Assembly: GCF_963921235.1 (NCBI RefSeq)
Contig: NC_086097.1
Coordinates: 101,992,001 to 102,056,000 of the forward strand
Length of the DNA: 64,000 nucleotides
Origin: Mobula hypostoma
Lineage: Eukaryota
Direction of reading: 5' to 3'
The notes beneath the pieces are model-generated. The model had not been told where the DNA came from. It was given only the letters and a program-made list of their open reading frames with translations, and searched no databases. Of this stretch, positions 48,470 to 60,435 are shown one piece after another (the first letter of the stretch is position 1; each line of letters starts with the position of its first letter). Made by a program: the position numbers and the translations under genes.

Positions 48470-49310
48470 TGTTACGTACCCCGTAACTGGGTTGCCAAAC
48501 CAGCAGAAATGGATCACTCAGTTGGAGTCTGGAGTACTAGAACTAAGAAAGTTTTATTAAAGAAACAAGCAACATAGTAATCGAAAGGGTAATAAATGCA
48601 ACAGTTCAGTGATGATAAACACACATGTGCACAGCATTAAGATAACAGCATCAATCAAGCTCTATCGTTGTCTAGGGGTTAAATGACCAAATTCAAAATG
48701 ACTCAAAGTTCAGTTCGCAGTAATCGTTGCCATGGCGATGGACAAGGTGGGGAAGAGAGACATAGAATAGGAACAACTCATCATTCAGCACAGCTTCACT
48801 CACAGACCAGCGAGATGGCTCACAAACAGCATTTGGGCGGGTCCTTGGTGATGTCACCTGAGGTCACCGACTGTGACCCCTCCTCCAGATGCGGTCGATC
48901 CTCTGCAGTGAACCCGGCACCCAGGCAAGGGCGGACACACACCGGGTTCCCGCTGATCGTACCTTTCCACCCTGTGCGTTGTCCGGTTCTTCTCACCACT
49001 CGTGAGAAGCGCACCGCTTCCAGGGTCTCGTTACCTCGGGTGGCGTGTGTGTCTGTCTTAGCGAACCTGTCCCTTTTTATCCCCCTGCTGGGGTATCGCC
49101 TGTCCATCACTTCAAACAGTTCAGGGCTCAAAGGGGGGAGCCGCTCCAGACAGCTCTTCCTCCCACATCCCTTCATTACACATCTCCAGACGCTGCTCCA
49201 TTGTTCCTTATCTCTCCTTCCCCTGAGGGCAGGTGGCAGACCAACTGCTGATGCCACTGATGCTAGCCCAGGCCAGCAAACATCTTAATTTTATGTGTAT
49301 TCTCGTAACA
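48470..49310 (-). repeat. 5' LTR of the Gmr1-type element
   Basis: Followed on the minus strand by the PBS and the gag ATG. Confidence 0.95.
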
Positions 49311-50532
49311 ATACCGAGAACTCGATCCGAGATATCGCGGACCTTGGCACCAGGGAGGCAACAGACCATCCGGGATTCTCGATCTCTTCCACAGAACCTC
49401 TTATCTGTCCCCTTAACTACCGAATCCTCTATCACTACTGCTCTCCTCTTTTCCCTCCTTCCCCTCTGAGCGGAGGGTCCAGTCTTCATGCCAGAGACGC
49501 AACCACCTCAACTTGTCCCTGGTAGGTCGTCCCCATCAACAGTATCCAAAATGATATACTTATTATTGGTAGGAACAGCCACAGGGGTGCTCTGCTCATT
49601 CTGTCTATTCCCCTTCCCTCTCCTGACAGTCATCCAGCTACCTGTCTCCTGACTCTCAGGGGTGACTATCTCCCTCTAACTCCTCTCTGTTTCTGCCTCT
49701 GCCTCACGAATGATCCAAAGTTCATCCAGCTCCAGCTCCAGCTCCAGTTCCCTAACTCAGTTTGTCAGGAGCTGCAGCTGGATGTACCTTTTACAGGTGT
49801 AGTCATCAGAGACGATTGTGCTAACCCTGACTTCCCACATCCTGCAAACGGAACGCTCAACTGCCCTAACTGCTGCCTCCATTACCTACTCCTAAGGTAA
49901 TTAAATTAAAGGAACTTACCCAGCCTTACCTCACATGGAGTGAAGCTCGTTCTTCAGCCTCTGCTCGCTGAAGCCTCTCGAGCCAAAGCCTTCCTACTCT
50001 GTATCCCTCTACTCCGTCACCCGCTCCGTTAACCTGCTCACTTTTAAACTCTCCCGCTGCCTCACGGTCCGACTTTCACGCGCTCGTGCAGTTGTGCCCC
50101 GTTCAACTGCCGAAGAAATGACTGACCCTCGTCAATCTGCTCGCTTTTAAACCTTCCCGCTGCCTCACGGTCCAACTTCCACGCACTTGCACAGTCGTGC
50201 CCTGTTCAACTGCTGAAGTCAACCATGTCACTGGGCTCTCTCTCAATCCTGTACTCTGATTTTTATTTGAGATAGTTTGCTACAGTGGTATCATCTGCAA
50301 ACTGATTGTACCTTGGAAATGAAAGAACATTGTTCTAACCACCATTTCTCAGAAGTGCTAGTTTGGTCATTTTGGTGGTGTTTTGCGGACCTGAAGGCCT
50401 TGATTTCATTTTTTTTTAAAAAAATCTTTGTTTCTCAACCAGTAGTGCCGCTTTAAGTAATGAAAATCAGTGCAAAGAAGGGTATGTGCAGTGTTCTCTA
50501 AAATCTGAAATATTCCTTCCCTTGTTTTTCAG

Positions 50533-50588
50533 AAAGTTGTCCCTTTCAACTAACTGCATTGAAAAAATAGCGAATTTGAATGGACTGA
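50533..50588 (+). CDS. DNAL1: DNAL1 exon 4 (E-KLSLSTNCIEKIANLNGL, first leucine-rich repeat)
   Basis: Acceptor TTGTTTTTCAG, donor GTAAGT, 56 nt. A phase-2 join to exon 3 gives GA/A (Glu). Later exons were not found in the window. Confidence 0.97.
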
Positions 50589-52989
50589 GTAAGTGTCAGA
50601 CTTCTAGTAATGTTTTCTTTCAATTGTTTTTATTTTTACAACAAACATTTTTTTTTAAATGAAACTGTGATAATGTTTCAATTAAAGGGAACAGTGTACA
50701 TTTGGATTTTTGCTGGCGCTTGTTGCATGCCATTTTTACATGATGGTTAACAACATTTACATTGGCAAAACTGGCATCCTAAGACCTTTAAAAATCAGAG
50801 ATATACATAGAACACCAGACAGTGCAGCACAGGAGCAGGCCCTTTGCCCCATGATATGCTGAACTAATTAAATTAATGATACCTAATTACACTACTCCCT
50901 TCTGCCTGCTCATGGTCCATACCTTTACCTTCTCTGCATATTCTTTTGCCTGTCTAAGAAACTCCTCTATTGTAATTGTCTCTGCAGTACAGTCTAGGCA
51001 CCCAGCAATCTCTGTGGGGGAAAAATACTTGTCCTACAAATCTCCTTTGAACTTTCCCCTCTCACTTTAAATGCATGCCTTCTGGTAAGGCATTTCAACT
51101 CTGGGAGTAAAATACTGACTGAAAATCAATGTTCTCATAATTTTATAAACTTCTATCAAGTCTCTCTTCAACCTCTGTCACTCCAGAAAACATATCCAGA
51201 GAAATTATATCGCCAGAGATGTGTTCTGAAATACCGTGATACTATCCATTACCTTAAATGTTCACTAATGGTACAATGCAACTTTGAGTATGCAAGTTTT
51301 AGCAATAATGCTACCAGTCTTGTAATGTAGTGATCTGGAATAATAATTCAGAAGATGTGAACTCAAATCCCACTAGACAGTTTGTTATTTAGAATTCAGT
51401 TTCAAAAAGCTAGCACAAAGAACAAGCTGTTATCCCTAATCCAGCATTAGTTCCATTTCCTTAAGTTCAAGGGACACAGGTGAATGGAAATAATGGACAA
51501 TGTTTCTTATCTGTTCTTATCTACCAATAACACAAGAAACTTCAGGATCATGGATAGTTGTTGGATAAAAAGATAATTCATGGTTTCTTTTCTTCCAGCT
51601 GCAAACGCTTCTTGAGTTTCTCTTACCTGAGTTTATTACCCTTCCCACCCTAGACAAATGAGGAGGTTATGGACTTGTTACTTAGAATAAAATTGTCAGG
51701 TCTTAACTACATGTGTTAGTGCCATGAGGCAATTCTGTACTTAAACAGGAAATAGGTGCCCAGATTACCCAAAGTTTATAATGCATCGTAATCCCTTAAA
51801 GTCACAGGTAACAATTATCGAGTTCATTTAATTAGTCCTTATCATCAAGGTTCTTCTGTCCCCTGGTTCCCTGGTCTAGTGGCACTGCTAGCTTAATGTG
51901 TCAGGCATGTATCCACATTGTCTTCCCTTGGTCCTTCAAAGCAGTGTAAGTATGTAGTTAATGATACTTGAAACAGGCCTATGAACCAGGGCTCAAGACA
52001 GTTATTTCATTGGTAAGATCTCACCGGTACCCATTCTCTTGGCTGGTAGGTCTGGGAGGGGAGAGAGAAGCGCGAGGTGATAGGTGAAACCTGAAGGGGG
52101 AGGGATGAAGTAAAGAGCATGGAAGTTGGCAGTCTTGCACGTGGTGTGCTTTAGTTCATAAGGTCTTTTCAGCCTCTGACACATCATGCTGTAATTGGAC
52201 AAGTTCATCAAAACTTTTTGGAAAGTATTGGCAGCCTGGTCACACTGGAGTGCTACGTGACCATAAAGATCTGGTGTTGCTGCCTTAGCAAAGGAGTTAG
52301 CTCATTTGTTCCCTCCAGTTATTTCATTCTCCTCATTTGTATGAGCTGTGTAGTTTATAACAACACAGTAGCAGTAGGTATTTGAAAAGCAGGAAAAGAT
52401 TCATAGTTAATTCACTGTGATTTATCAGAGTTCCCAAAAAGGTGAGAAACTCGCATTGTTTCCATAATTTTTCATTGTTAAGTGTTACTCCTAAGGCATA
52501 ACGCGAGTCTTAATTATTTACAATAGCACTGGCTGCAAGGATACAGGCAAAAAGTTTGGCTGTTTGAGCAAAGTAGGAGGAAAGTTAGCTGTGCCACATC
52601 AGCTGTTATGAGATGCACACACCACATATCCACTAAAATTTTCACAAAATATTTTCCCAGTATCAGATTAGGAAGAAAAGCCATCAAAGAAAAATTACAT
52701 GCAGGCTTACATCGGGTTGCATTTTACAAAGTTCAAACTTAAAATTAAATTTGTTATCAAAGTATATATATGTCAGCATATACAATCCTGAGATTAGTTT
52801 CCTTGTGAGCATACTCAATACATCCAAGAACCATATTAGGATCAGTGGAAGACCGCACCCAGCAGGGCAGACAAATAACCAATGTGCAAAAGACAACAAA
52901 CTGATTCACCGATTGAGTAGAAAAGGCTGTGACTCACGACATTTTGGAGCTTTGAGCAGCGGCCAATCAACATTCAGGATTGATTGACG

Positions 52990-53630
52990 TCTCAGATTGA
53001 GCCCTCGGCATTCTTAAGTGGTAGGGTAAACAGCCAGAGGTCATGGTCCAATGACCCTAGGTGGGAAGCGTGACAAGGTTCTGCAAAGTGAGTTCAGGGA
53101 GTTAAGTGCTAAGTTTAAGGGCAGTACCTCAAGGGTTATGATCTCAGGATTGCTTGTGCTTGTGAGGCCAGAAATAGGAAGATTATAGTTTTACGCATGG
53201 CTAAGGAATTGGTGTCAGAGGGAGAGCATAAGATTTTGGATCGTTGGGCTCTCTTGCAGGGAAGGTGTGACCTGAACAGAAGAGACAGTTTGCCTCTGAA
53301 CTGGGAGGGAATTAATAATGCGGGGGTCGGGGAGGTTTAAACTAGAGTTGCAGGGGGATGGGATCCAGAATACCAGAACAGATAGTGAAGAGGTTGTGGT
53401 GACAGATGTTGGTAAGAACTAAGTCAAAAGTCAGGAATCAAAAGGTTGAGCATGGTGAGACGAATGTCCTGAGCTGCGTATACTTCAACGCAAGAAATTC
53501 AACGTAGGAAATGTAGATGAGTTCAGGGCTTGGATCAATGCATGAAATCATGATATTGTAGCCATTAGTGAGACTTGGTTGCAGGAGGTACAGGACTGGC
53601 AATTCAGTATTCAAGGTTCTGTTGTTTTAT
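52990..53630 (+). mobile_element. CR1 ORF1/endonuclease fragment; resumes near 63475
   Basis: Esterase relic and CVYFNAR...HDIVAISETWL. The continuation RDRVRGIKEGEVALL follows the nested insertions. Confidence 0.75.
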
Positions 53631-54026
53631 ACATCAGAATCTGGTTTATTATCACCAACATATGTCATGAAATTTGTTAACTTAGCAGCAGTAGTTCAAT
53701 GCAATACATAATATAGAAGAAAAAAAACAAAATAAAATAATAATTAAGTAAATCAATTACAGTATATGTATATTAAATAGATTAAAAATCATGCAAAAAA
53801 CCCAGAAATAATATATATTAAAAGAAGTAAGCTAGTGTCCAAGGAATCGGATGGCAGAGGGGAAGAAGCTGTTCCCGAGTTGCTGAGTGTGTGCCTTCAG
53901 GCTTCTGTACCTCCTACCTGATGGTAACAGTGAGAAAAGGGCATGCACTGGGTGCTGGAGGTCCTTAATAATGGACTGTGCCTTTCTGAGACACTGCTAC
54001 TTGAAGATGTCCTGGGTACTTTGTAG

Positions 54027-54843
54027 TGTTACGTACCCCGTAACGGGTTAAAGAACCAACAGAAATGGAAATACGCCTGGAGTCTGGTATTGCTATTTAC
54101 TAAAGCTCGTTTGTTAGTAACTACGCAATACAGTAATATAAAATCAGATAAATCAAACAGGTTAGCAATGATTATGTATATATAAGTGTGGAAATATATA
54201 AAAGTCAAGCTTCTTCAAGCTTAGGAGGTAAATGAATACAGCCTTACGATGATGGGTAAATGAAATCAGTTCAGGTTGTGGTATTGAGTTGAGTAGTGAT
54301 GGAGAGAGAGAGAGAAAGAGGGGTGTTTATTTCTCCAGGTAAGCAGATGCTGTCGATTTTCTGTTGTCCTCCGAAATCCTTTAGAAGTTACCGAATGTGA
54401 CCACAACAAGGAGACCGTCTTCTGTGGGTAAGTTATCAACCCAGGCGAGGGCTGAACACACTAATAACTTCCCACCAGTCACCCCTTGTCCACACTGTGA
54501 GAGCCACTGATTGATTCTCCTGATCGATCCTTCAAAAAAAAACACTTTTCTCTGGGCACAACAAAGCTCATCCGGTGTCCAAAACCATGTGTGTGTAACA
54601 ACCAGCTGACCTTGTATTTATCTCTGCATGCTGACCACCAGCTGTCCATCAAGTAGCTCCTCTCTTCTCTCTCTGTAGGAACTCAGAAGCTGGCAGTGTC
54701 CTTGCAGAAATCCCAAACAAACTGTGAGCAGTCCTCACCCCTTTCTCTCTCGGTACCAAGCTGTTTGTGCTATACAGCTACACACACTCTCTCTCTCTTT
54801 TTAAAGGCACAGTCCATAAGGGATAATTCAGGATCCTGTCACA
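54027..54843. mobile_element. Solo LTR related to the Gmr1-type LTRs
   Basis: TG...CA ends, TSD GTAG (54023-54026 and 54844-54847), and the same start TGTTACGTACCCCGTAAC as the LTR at 44529. Confidence 0.88.
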
Positions 54844-55702
54844 GTAGGCTAATACCCAAGATAGAGCCAACTAAATTTATAACCCTCTGCAGCTTCTTTC
54901 GGTCCTATGCAATAGCCCCCCATACCAGACAGTGGTCCAGCCTGTCAGAATGCTCTCCACGGTACACCTATAGAAGTTTTTGAGTATATTTGTTGACATA
55001 ACAAATCCCTTCAGACTCCTAATAAAGTATAGTTGCTGTCTTGCCTTCTTCATAACTGCATCGATATGTTGTGTAATGTTCCGTTATATTGGCTCGTGTA
55101 TGTCTAGGGGAAATCCAGCCCAGCATCCGCCTCCACACTCCCCACAGGGTCGGTTGCCACCCGAGTCAATCACAACATCAATCATCAGCCAGCACACCCA
55201 GTAAATTTTAACAAATACACTTTATAGATATTACTAATTCTATGACATTAATATACATTTGATACAGAGAGGAAAGTAATGAAAAAAAAAGGCGCCAACA
55301 CTTATCAAAGTCCAAGTTCTTTGCGCGCTATGTTGGAGCTCAATTCGACTTCAGACGACCACCCGAATTCCGTCGACTCACGGCTCGGGACCACCCTGAG
55401 TGATCGACCGGAGCCTCTCCACACGTCCGCGGTCTTCCTCGTCTCTCCTCCGACTCCCCGCCAAAACTCAGTCCACAGTCATATCATACAGCATGGTATC
55501 CGAAAACAAAATAATACATAACCACCCATTGGCTAATAGAACCCTGTTATCTCATTTTAAAGTAAAACAAACTGTTAGCGCAAACTCTCTTCAGCGTTAA
55601 AGCACAACAAAGCCGCGTTCCCCAAATCAACATAACAAAGTCGCCATTTTAAATGTAACAAAAGAAAGACCCCGTACACTCTCCCCCCCCCACCACAAAA
55701 AG

Positions 55703-58700
55703 TCATGCCCTCATGACGTTAACAGAGTTCACCAGTGCTCCTTGTAAAACACAAAACCCAACCCAGGTGCATAAAGCAGTGACATAACTTTGCAGGGCAG
55801 TAGAGATCACACCCTGCTCTCCCGGCGCTATATAAGTCAGTCTCTCTGGGGGATGCCTACTCCTCTGAGGCCTCTGTACTTCCTCTGCTGACTCTCCCTG
55901 TTCAGACACCCCAGTTGACCCCTCGGGCCTATCTGTCGGACCTTCCCCCTCACCGGGACCCCTCTGCCCCTGTGAGCCCTCTGGCTCAGGTTCCAGCTCC
56001 ACCCTCTCCTCCCCCAATCCCGACTGTAATACAGGCGGCTCTGCAACACCCTCCCCCAATCCCGGCTGTAATACAGGCGGCTCTGCAACACCCTCCCCCA
56101 ATCCCGGCTGTAATACAGGCGGCTCTGCAACACCCTCCCCCAATCCCGGCTGGAATACAGGCGGCTCTGCAACACCCTCCCCCAATCCCGGCTGTAATAC
56201 AGGCGGCTCTGCAACACCCTCCCCCAATCCCGGCTGGAATACAGGCGGCTCTGCAACACCCTCCCCCAATCCCGGCTGTAATACAGGCGGCTCTGCAACA
56301 CCCTCCCCCAATCCCGGCTGTAATACAGGCGGCTCTGCAACACCCTCCCTCAGTTCCCCTAACTCAGTGAGGGAAGGGCCAAGAGTCTCTTCTCCCGGCA
56401 CCGGGGAATCAGCAAACGGAAGCAGGTACCACACGTCTGACTCATCATCTTCCGATGACGTATCCCTTCTCGAGGTGGGGACTGGCCCCGTTCTCTTCGC
56501 AGCGGGCTCTCCCGCGCCCCGCGCCCTCGCAGAGTCCTCGTAATAGGAGTAAACTCCCATTCGGGCTCTGGGTCCATCTTCACCTCTCGACCCAGAGGCA
56601 ACAGGTGGTTCTGATGGAGTACCTTGACAGACCCCTGCCCACCCTCAGGTCTCACCCGGTAAACCGGGAGATTCAGCATCTGACTCTCCACCACATAGGG
56701 GGTGGCCGCCCAATGGTCCGCCAACTTGTGCTTACCAGGTAGTCCTAAATTCCGGATAAGGACTCGGTCTCCCGGCAATAGCTGGACGAACTTTACCTTC
56801 TGATCATATCTCTTCTTATTCCGCTGGTTCTGCTTGGTGGCTGCCGCCTCAGCCAACTCGTACGCCCTTTTCAACTCTCTACTCATATCAGACATATACT
56901 TCAGACATGGCTTCGAAGGTATTTCCCCCGCTTCAGTCCCAAAACGTAGATCAATGGGCAACCTCGCTTCCCATCCGAACATCAGATAATAGGGCGAGTA
57001 CCCCGTAGCATCATTGCGCGTACAATTGTAACAGTGAACCAAATGGGCGATGTGCCAACTCCACTTACTCTTCTGACCAATCTCCAAAGTGCCGAGCATG
57101 TCCAGCAGGGTCCGGTTAAACCTCTCGGGTTGAGGATCACCCTGCGGGTGATAGGGGGTGGTTCTGGATTTCTCAACTCCAAGCATACCCAGTAATTCAT
57201 GTATAAGCCTGCTCTCGAAGTCCCGTCCCTGATCACTATGGATCCGCCGGGGAAGGCCATAATGAACAAAGTACTTCTCCCATAACACCTTCACCACTGT
57301 AGTCGCTTTCTGATCCTTAGTAGGAAAAGCCTGCGCATATCTAGTGTAGTGATCCGTGAGGACCAAGACATTGGCGATGTTGCTGGTGTCTGGCTCAATA
57401 GACAGGAAATCCATACACACCAGGTCCATGGGTCCCGCACTCTGCAAGTGGGAGAACGGGGCCGCCTGCACAGGCAGGGTCTTCCTCCTGACGCAACAAC
57501 TACAGGTCTTTCTTCAACCTCCTTCCTCATCCGGGGCCAGTAAAACCGGTCCTTGACTAATCCACAGGTCTTCTCTACCCCTAAGTGCCCGGAATCATCA
57601 TGTAGAGCCTGGAGCACAGTCTTCCGATACTTCTCAGGCATGACCAGCTGCCAGCGCCGGGGGGTGGTCCGGGGGCGACGTGACCTTGTTCAGGACGTGG
57701 TTCTTCAGCTTCAACCGGGGCCACTCCTTCAGTAGTAGGGGAACGGAGGCATGTTTCACCTTCTCCACCTGCCCCATATCACCCTGGCTAACCGCGTACC
57801 AGATAGTGCCAATGCTCGGGTCATCACGCTGAGCCGCCTCCACTTCCTGGGGACTCAACTCCGGCAGCTGCCTGTTCCGCAGAGCAGTCAAATTACAGTA
57901 AACAGTGGGTAGCGCGTCATCGTCAGCCCCCAGTTGATCTACTGCCCGATCCGTTCCCATCGGGGCTCCTACTTCCCCGTCGCTCCCAACTTGACACATG
58001 TCCTTTACTCCCTGGGCGGGGACACTCTTTCACTCCTCGGCCGTGCCCGATTTGTCGTGCGCCCGACGAGACAGGGCATCTGCATCGATGTTCCGACTCC
58101 CCGGGCGGTACTTCAGGCTGAACTCATAGGCAGACAAGGCTGCTAACCACCGGTGCCCAGTAGCATCCAGCTTCGCCGAGGTCAGGATATAAGTGAGGGG
58201 GTTGTTATCAGTTCTCACCTCAAACTGGGCCCCATATAGGTAGTCACTCAACTTGTCCATCACCGCCCATTTCAACGCCAAGAACTCCAGCTTGTGAGTG
58301 GGATAGTTTCTCTCAGATGATGACAAACTCCGACTGACAAACGCTACCGGCCTCAATCCGTTGCCCTGTTCCTGGTACAGGACAGCCCCCAGACCGTCGT
58401 GACTGGCATCAGTGTGTAGAACATACGGCTTCCAGGGATCAGCAAATGCCAACACTGGGGCCTGCGTCAGCACCCTTTTTAGAGGTTGGAACACCTCCTC
58501 ACATTGAGCATCCCACCTCAATCCAAAAGGCTCTCCCGGGTTCAAGTATCCTCCTACCTCCGACCCTCAGTCTCCCTTCCTCCTCCTCCCCACAGGTGGA
58601 TAGCCACACAGCAGCTGGTTCAATGGATGACTCATTTTCGCATATCCTTTCACGAACCGCCGGTAATATCCGCAAAACCCCAAAAACGAGCGTAAGGCGC

Positions 58701-60435
58701 TCACCTTCTGAGGTCTCGGCCAGGTGGTGACTGCGGCTATTTTATCCGGATCGGTGGCCACTCCATTTCGCGAGATTATGTGCCCAACATAACTGACTGA
58801 CGTCTTGCAGAACTGACATTTATCCAGGGAAAGTTTTAACCCTTCCTCCTTCAGCCGACTCAGCACCTTCAGCAGCCGCTCCTCATGTTCCTCCAACATA
58901 GAACCAAACACTATCAGGTCGTCCAGGTACACCAACACCTCCAGCAGGTTCATATCCCCCACCGTCCTCTCCATGAGCCGCTGGAAGGTGGCTGGGGCCC
59001 CCGAGATGCCTTGGGGCATTCGTTCGAACTGGAAAAACCCCAGGGGGCAGATAAAGGCTGTCTTCTCCTTATCAGTCTCGCTCATTGGAATCTGGTAATA
59101 ACCACTCCGCAAACCCAATACACTGAACCACTGTGCACCACTCAGACAGGCCAAGGCATCTTTCACCCTCGGGACCGTATATTGGTCGGGAACAGTGCGG
59201 CGGTTCAGGGTCCTATAGTCCACGCACATGCGTACCTTCCCATTTTTCTTCCTTGCCACCACTATGGGGGACGCATAGGGGCTTCGGGACTCCGCAATAA
59301 TCCCTGCGTCTTTCAACTGCGCACATCTTCCACCTCTGCCGGGGCCAACCGCCGCGACCTCTCCCTAAACGGGGTGTCATTTGTTACCCGACTGGTGTGC
59401 CGAGTGCTCTTGGAACATCCCACATCAAACTCGTCCTGAGAAAAGACATCCCCTAACTTCAGCATCTTCTCCACCAGCCTGCTCTTATACGCCGGCGGTA
59501 CAGGGGAGTTTTCAAAATTAAAGGCCTCCTCGGTCAGCCGCCCTCCGTTTCCCTCCAGTGGGCTTCACGGGGGCGCTGGACATCACCATCACCGGGAACA
59601 AGTGCGCCAGGGGCATCCCGCGCTTAAAGGTGATCTCCCTCTCCGTTATGTTCCTTACCATCACCCCCATCTGCCGTGCCTGTACAGCTGAGGGCCTCTG
59701 CAATTCAGGTCTCACCAGCGCCCCAGCCGGGAACCAGGATTCCCTTTCCAGGTCGTCGGGGGCGTCTACTAGCAGGGCCTCGCCTGGCGGTAATCCGGGG
59801 AATCTGGGGGTCCCCATCACTAATGCCGCCTCCCCTGGCCGTATCACCTTAGGCCTCGCCTGAGTGTGCACCACACCGTCCCTCGTTTGCACTCAGGATC
59901 CAGCCCCTGGGGGTCACTCACTCCTTCGTACACCGCTTGGAACACGAGGTGTACCGAGAGGGTCTCCAAAAAGTTCTCCCCCCCCCTTCTTCTTACAGGC
60001 TCCCAAGAGCCATCGCACCAGAGGGGAGTTAGTCCCCACCAACAGGGCAGCACCACCGGTCTCCACCGGGTCCGGACAAACCAACACCAGCGTCTCAAAG
60101 GCTTCCGATACTCCCACATCTCCCTCCGAAAATTCCAATCTCACTGACAAGTATCCATCGTACGGGTAATCACCATCACTTATGCCCCAAATCTCCAATG
60201 CTTTAAACGGAGTGACTGCCAAATGTTTCAGATATTTGTTGTAGAACAACCGGTACTGTAAGGTAACCTGCGACCTGGTGTCAAGGACGGCTTTTGCAAA
60301 GATTTCCTCTATCCGTAGGGACACGCTGGAACGGGGTCCCACCAGTCCATCAGGAATTTGGGCTTGTTCTTTCTGGGGTTCCATAGCGGTTTTCTGGGAA
60401 CGTGTTCCTCTGGAGACTCCAGTCCATTCCCTCAC
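55703..60435 (-). pseudogene. Gypsy pol (protease - RT - RNase H - integrase), with multiple frameshifts
   Basis: LDTRSQVT, YLDDLIVF, LHTDASHDGLGAVL, LHDDSGHLG, IHSDQGRDFES and PERFNRTL, spread over several frames. Confidence 0.92.
56008..56349. repeat. 42-bp minisatellite, 8 copies (GVAEPPVLQPGLGE) at the pol C-terminus
   Basis: Unit CACCCTCCCCCAATCCCGGCTG(T/G)AATACAGGCGGCTCTGCAA, with near-identical copies. Confidence 0.95.

Larger units (their letters stand above)
44529..49310 (-). mobile_element. Young non-autonomous Gypsy (Gmr1/SCAN-type) LTR retrotransposon
   Basis: 841-bp LTRs at 44529-45369 and 48470-49310 (TGTTACG...CGTAACA), 4-bp TSD ATAC, tRNA-Pro-like PBS TGGGGTTCTCGTCCGCGAT and PPT AAAGGGGGGAAG. 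Confidence 0.95.
35253..50221 (-). mobile_element. Full-length CR1 LINE (about 4.3 kb net) split by an L1 and an LTR element
   Basis: 5' UTR, ORF1 zinc finger and SGNH esterase (VVIEDSVVKG, VHVGTNDV), endonuclease (YDVVAISETWL, GSSDHNAI) and RT ([17 protein letters not shown]). Apparent TSD ACCAT at 35248-35252 and 50222-50226. Confidence 0.88.

Noticed and set aside
56008..56349. CRISPR-like regular array
   Set aside because: The units are head-to-tail with no unique spacers, there are no cas genes, and the context is eukaryotic.
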